From the human T2T-CHM13v2.0 reference genome, Homo sapiens: a stretch of 64,000 nt of DNA. The translations under genes and the position numbers were made by a program. The notes under the pieces are model-generated. The model made no database searches, was not told the origin of the DNA, and saw only the letters and a program-made list of their open reading frames with translations. The stretch is taken from assembly GCF_009914755.1 (NCBI RefSeq), contig NC_060925.1; one strand, 5' to 3'. This document shows positions 59,390-64,000 of the stretch, in pieces (the first letter of the stretch is position 1; each line of letters starts with the position of its first letter).

Positions 59390-60309
59390 TGACAGTTTTA
59401 TGTCAGTGCCATCAAAATACCTCAAGTGAAAAATCAGTTCATTCCAATCTATGCATTTTTTTCATCAAATTTATGTAATCAAAGTCAGTCTTTTGCAAAT
59501 TCATTCTCTTAACAGTGCAAAACATCTGACATTATTATGAATGCCATAGTAAATCCAATTAAAACATTTAACATTAAAGGTAAAATTATATGTTTTTGCA
59601 ATGATAATACAGCACAGATTTTGGTGAAACAATGTTCTTAATACCTTCAGAAGCTTATGGAGCAGAGATGAACTTAGAATTGGATATGGTCATATATACT
59701 TCATAATTATGTCCAAATAAGCTATGATATTCAACCAATTGATATGGAAACCATGGTGGTCAAATTGTACAACTACATTTATTAATACACAGAGTAACTG
59801 AACTCCAAAATTTTGTAACAAAGCTGATATTAAATTTTAAGAGATTACTTCGGTATGTAGTATGTACATTTTCTGTTTGCTACTTGAAATCAGCTTTTAA
59901 AAATGTTTGTGCTTTTGAAGAACTACTTTGTAAAGCAACCCATGTGTCCTACAAAAAAAATAAACATTTTTGTAAGAGGTTTCTAACAATAGGATTTGAA
60001 TTCTTAAAAAACTCCATTGGATATATTTAGTAAAAATATTTGATAAATGGAATAGTAAAAGTACTTTAGCCTTTGAAGTTTATAGATATTGTATATACTG
60101 AACTATGTTGAATATCTATGTGTGTGTCTCGATGTACACATACACACAATATATTAAAAACAAACTTGGAAAGAGAAAGACATTGAAATGTATCCCTACA
60201 AAAGCAATGAAGAAACTGATCAAATTAAATAATGAGAGTTTAAATGACATACTTGATAAACTTTTAACTCTAGCAGGCCTTAGTAATATTGACACTAATC
60301 AGTAAGGGT

Positions 60310-60500
60310 TAGCTTTGTGCCAGCAGCTAAGTAAACAAAGCACTTCATGACTTCTCTTAATGGTCTCAACTACAAAGGAGATACAGTTATTATCCCTGTG
60401 ATTTTTTGTTTTGCTTTGTATTTTTGTTTTTCAGTTTAGTTTGTTTGTTTATATTAAGAATCTGTAGCTGAAAACAGTGAGATGGCTTACCAAGGTCACT
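60310..60500 (-). mobile_element. MIR fragment
   Basis: tttgtgccagca...gttattatccc...ttaccaaggtcac. Confidence 0.5.
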
Positions 60501-61840
60501 GAGCAGGTGGTCATGACACTCAGTGCAGCATGGCTATCTATCCTGTAACTGCTCAACCTTGAAAACCTATGCCTTGCCACCAAAACAATGGTACCAAGCT
60601 TTATTTTGCATTAGACTTTTTTTTTTTTCAAATTAAAAGTACTAGCCTCTTCTGGGTAAAATAATAATTCACCCTTTAGGAGAGATGAAACTTTCTGATA
60701 ACTTTAACTCCTTCATTTTATAAATGAGGAATCTAAAATTCCAAAGTATACTCAATGGTATCTTCAAAGTTACAGTGCAACTGAAAGCAAAGCTGGTCCC
60801 AGAAGCCCTGAGGCTTAGCTCTCTCCTCTAATGCAAGTCCCTACCTCAGATAAACCTTTAAATCTCCCCATACATCTTAGTGTAGATCTGAATCTTCACT
60901 CTAACACCCAGAGAGCTTGATAGTGCTTCTGTACAGGTAGAAAGGCCCTATGGCCTAAGGGTGTTCAGCCAGAAAATTATAATGACGTTAAGAAGAGTTG
61001 GCCTAGTAAGAAAGAAAGATCTTGGGAGAGCATGGACTGAGGGAAAACATGCATCCTGAAGTTGCTTGTATTTTTATTAAGGCTCATTGTTTCTGTGAGA
61101 ACACTTTATCTGCAGGATGAAAGGAGCATGTGTCTGAAAGTCCTGCCTTCCTTGACTCACTTCCAAAGAAATGAAGGACAGGACCACTGTGGCTCCTAGC
61201 CATCCACGCTCCTGAGGGTCCCCAAAAAGGCCTTTCCCTGGGTATTCAGATGATGCCATCAGCTTAAAATGTCTTTGTGTAGGACTGGCTGCACCCAGAA
61301 ATCTGGCAGCTGAGTGTTGGGAAGAAACTAAGAAATCCTTGAAAAATATGAAAGGATCAAAGGTGCTTATTCAAATATTTTCAAAAGAGCTCTGGTTTTA
61401 ATAAGAAGCAAATGAGATCGGATAGAGAAGAATCCAGAGACTGATTCTGGTGTGGAAAACTCCTTGTGGCAAAGACCAGAAGAAAGGAGGATACCGATGG
61501 GAACATTGCTTATTTGGAAGCAAAGCATTAAACGGTGTGCAATTGAATTGCTCTGCCCTTGAACCTGGAGGAGTGCGCAGGAGTAAGCAATTACTTAAAC
61601 AGACACATCTTTCCTAAGAGATATGATCCAAGAAAAATAATGAATTACAACAACAACAAAATTAAGGAAAAGAGAAGAAACCCTCAGCCTTCCCTCTTAC
61701 CAGAAAAGCCGTTTTATGTTTCAGGAAGACTTTCAACATAGAGTACTGACTTTATTCATGCGTTAGTCAGTCATCAGCACTCTAGCAGTTTGGATAAAAG
61801 AATGTTCTAGAGAAATTTTGGATATTCTTCTCTTACCAAG

Positions 61841-61867
61841 CAACCAACCAACCAAACCAACCAAAAC
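61841..61867. repeat. (CCAA)n microsatellite
   Basis: caaccaaccaaccaaaccaaccaaaac. Confidence 0.8.
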
Positions 61868-62229
61868 TACCCTCTACACACTTTTCTTTAGAGTAAAATA
61901 TAATTTAAGTGTGTGTTATTACATAGAATAATTGTTTATAACAAAGAAGATCCATTCACTTAGCAAACTCCTAATCTTTAAATAGACGAGAAATAATCAA
62001 TGTTCAGATCCACACACATATTGAGGCTTCAAAACTGGCATAGAAGGGTCTCTTTTATAGAACCCCATGAGACTTATTCCTGTATTCTTGGTGAAACTTT
62101 AAAAGGGGCTAATTTATATTTATCCCTAAGGGGTCAATGAAACTGATGGCAGCAATCTTCTTTTATAAATTGCAGATGAATAATTAATGAAATGTAATAA
62201 ATTATAATACTAGAAATGAAAAACAGAGA

Positions 62230-62740
62230 AGTATAATACCTGGTGTTCACAGGGTATGAAGAAAGAGACACTTTGTACACAGGATGTATGAGTTTAAATC
62301 GGCATAACTGTTTCCGTCAAATTATAGTATTTGTCAGTAACTTTTGTAAAAGTTCATCCTCTTTGACCCAGCAATTCTAGTTGGAGAAATGTATCCAAAG
62401 AAATCATGTATGTTTACAAAGACTTAGCTACAAAGTTGTTCAGTATATATTTGTTTAAAAATGAAAATATATATTGTAAAATTTTTAAAGGCTATGGAAT
62501 AAATTATAGTGCATTCATTTGGTAACCATTTTATAGCCATTAAATAACAGTATTTTAGTAAATATTTAGTGATGTGCAAACACATATAGAATACACTATG
62601 TAAAATTAGTGAAAAATATTCAGAGTATATATGCCTATGTTGAAATTGGAATGAAATGTATTCAATTATTCATGACAGTTATCTTTAGGTGGTGGGATTT
62701 TAAAATTACTTTCCTGTATACTTACATTTTCTAAGTATTT
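62230..62740 (+). mobile_element. ancient L1ME-like 3' fragment
   Basis: ctttgacccagcaattctag...tatccaaagaaat...ggaataaattatagtgcattcat...tatagccattaaa. Confidence 0.7.
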
Positions 62741-64000
62741 ATATTTATGATTGACATATCTGGTGCAGTATCCAAACTTCCCTTCAAAATTAAACTGCCA
62801 CACTCATAGCCTTGTTCAGCAGACAGCTGCTCTTTGGGCATGGGTGGTTCTGATTGATCCAGGGAAACTTGCCTGGCCCCACATGACCTCATCCCTTAGG
62901 TTGGCTGGTGAATCTTGGGATGGCACTACCTTTCACGGGTTGTGAGAGAGGGAAAGATGGGGATAAAGGGAGGCAGAGAGGGAAGGAGGGTGAGATGGTT
63001 GATCCCTAAAGCTGCCTCCATTTGAATCGTTTCCTAGTGGCAATTAAAGCAGATATGTACCTTGCAATAACTACCCCACTTCTCATCTGTTTCTTGTAAA
63101 CAACTACAAAAGCACAATACCAAGAAGCCTAATCTATTATAATCAGGAAATAATGCTAAATTTTGTTTTCAAATAAAGCTGTAGCAGGGTAATATCTTTT
63201 TATGCTTTCTGAATTATAAAAAGATAATTAGGCATATTTCATATTCTTGGCATTCTGTTGAGCAGCATGTACTTTTCTCAAGAGATTAAAGTTGTCTGCT
63301 CTGCTTCTCTATTTTAGTAATTCTGAGCAAATAACAATACTGTTTTATTTGAAGCTTGTATAAGACTTTCCCCCTACATGTGAGTCTTAATCTTACAGAA
63401 ATTCATTTATCATACCTCCTCCAATGCAGTTTTCTTTATTTATTAGTGCATATTCTTCCAAATGCATTTCTGAGAGTGGCATTTTAGTAACATCATTGAT
63501 CTCCAGCCCAGTGTGCTTTGGAAACTCTGAGAATCTACATGTGCTCTGCAAGCAGGAAATATTGTGTTAGAAGAAATAATGATTGAAGGGATGGATGACC
63601 AGAAGGAAGAGATATTAATATCCGTTATGTATGTTTCTTCCTGTCTGTCATATGCTTAGCACTGTGCCAGCCTCTGAGAAGTCATGATGATAAGGATGAT
63701 TTCTATTCTTAGGGAGCTTAAAATAATGTTATGTTGGACTGGAAGTCATCAGGTTCAGATCCTCCCTACGAGAAATCTATTTTCATGGGTGATCCTCTCC
63801 TGAAGGCTGGCCTGACCACCCTAGGATATGTGAAGCTCTGGAAAAATACATGGAGCCTTTGTCTATATAAACAATTTTAGTCACCTCAAATCACTGTTTC
63901 GGTCCCATTCTGGAGGCCCAACCTCATGCAGTCCTTCAAAAGACATTCCACACCAGTCAGTAAGAGTAATCAGCTTGCCAGGGCACCTGAAGCCCTGGAA

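Overview
This is AT-rich primate nuclear DNA, hominoid and most plausibly human, judged from an L1PA2/3-type LINE-1, AluS elements and THE1/MST LTRs. It reads as intronic or intergenic. No protein-coding gene, RNA gene or CRISPR array can be recognised, and I could not place the locus. Much of the window is interspersed repeats: a 5'-truncated L1 with a broken ORF2 (3565-7645), older L1M/L1PA15-16 fragments, four near-complete Alus plus a FLAM and an Alu stub, MaLR/ERVL solo LTRs, DNA-transposon fossils (Tigger4b, MER47/Tigger5, MER45, MER5A, MER82, Made1) and many MIR/L2 pieces. Most ORFs in the supplied track are L1 remnants, antisense repeat translations or chance ORFs. The best second-look items are: (1) the large L1 appears to be an old/young chimera with no TSD; (2) a 65-bp dispersed duplication and a 92-bp tandem duplication; (3) several strong splice-site pairs, most notably on the minus strand, that may be lncRNA, 5'UTR or micro-exons; (4) two CpG-retaining enhancer/promoter-like patches; (5) a Made1 hairpin (miR-548 type) nested in an MSTA LTR. 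I found no evidence of a wholly new biological system. Repeat subfamily names come from remembered consensus sequences and boundaries of old repeats are approximate; both need RepeatMasker/Dfam confirmation.
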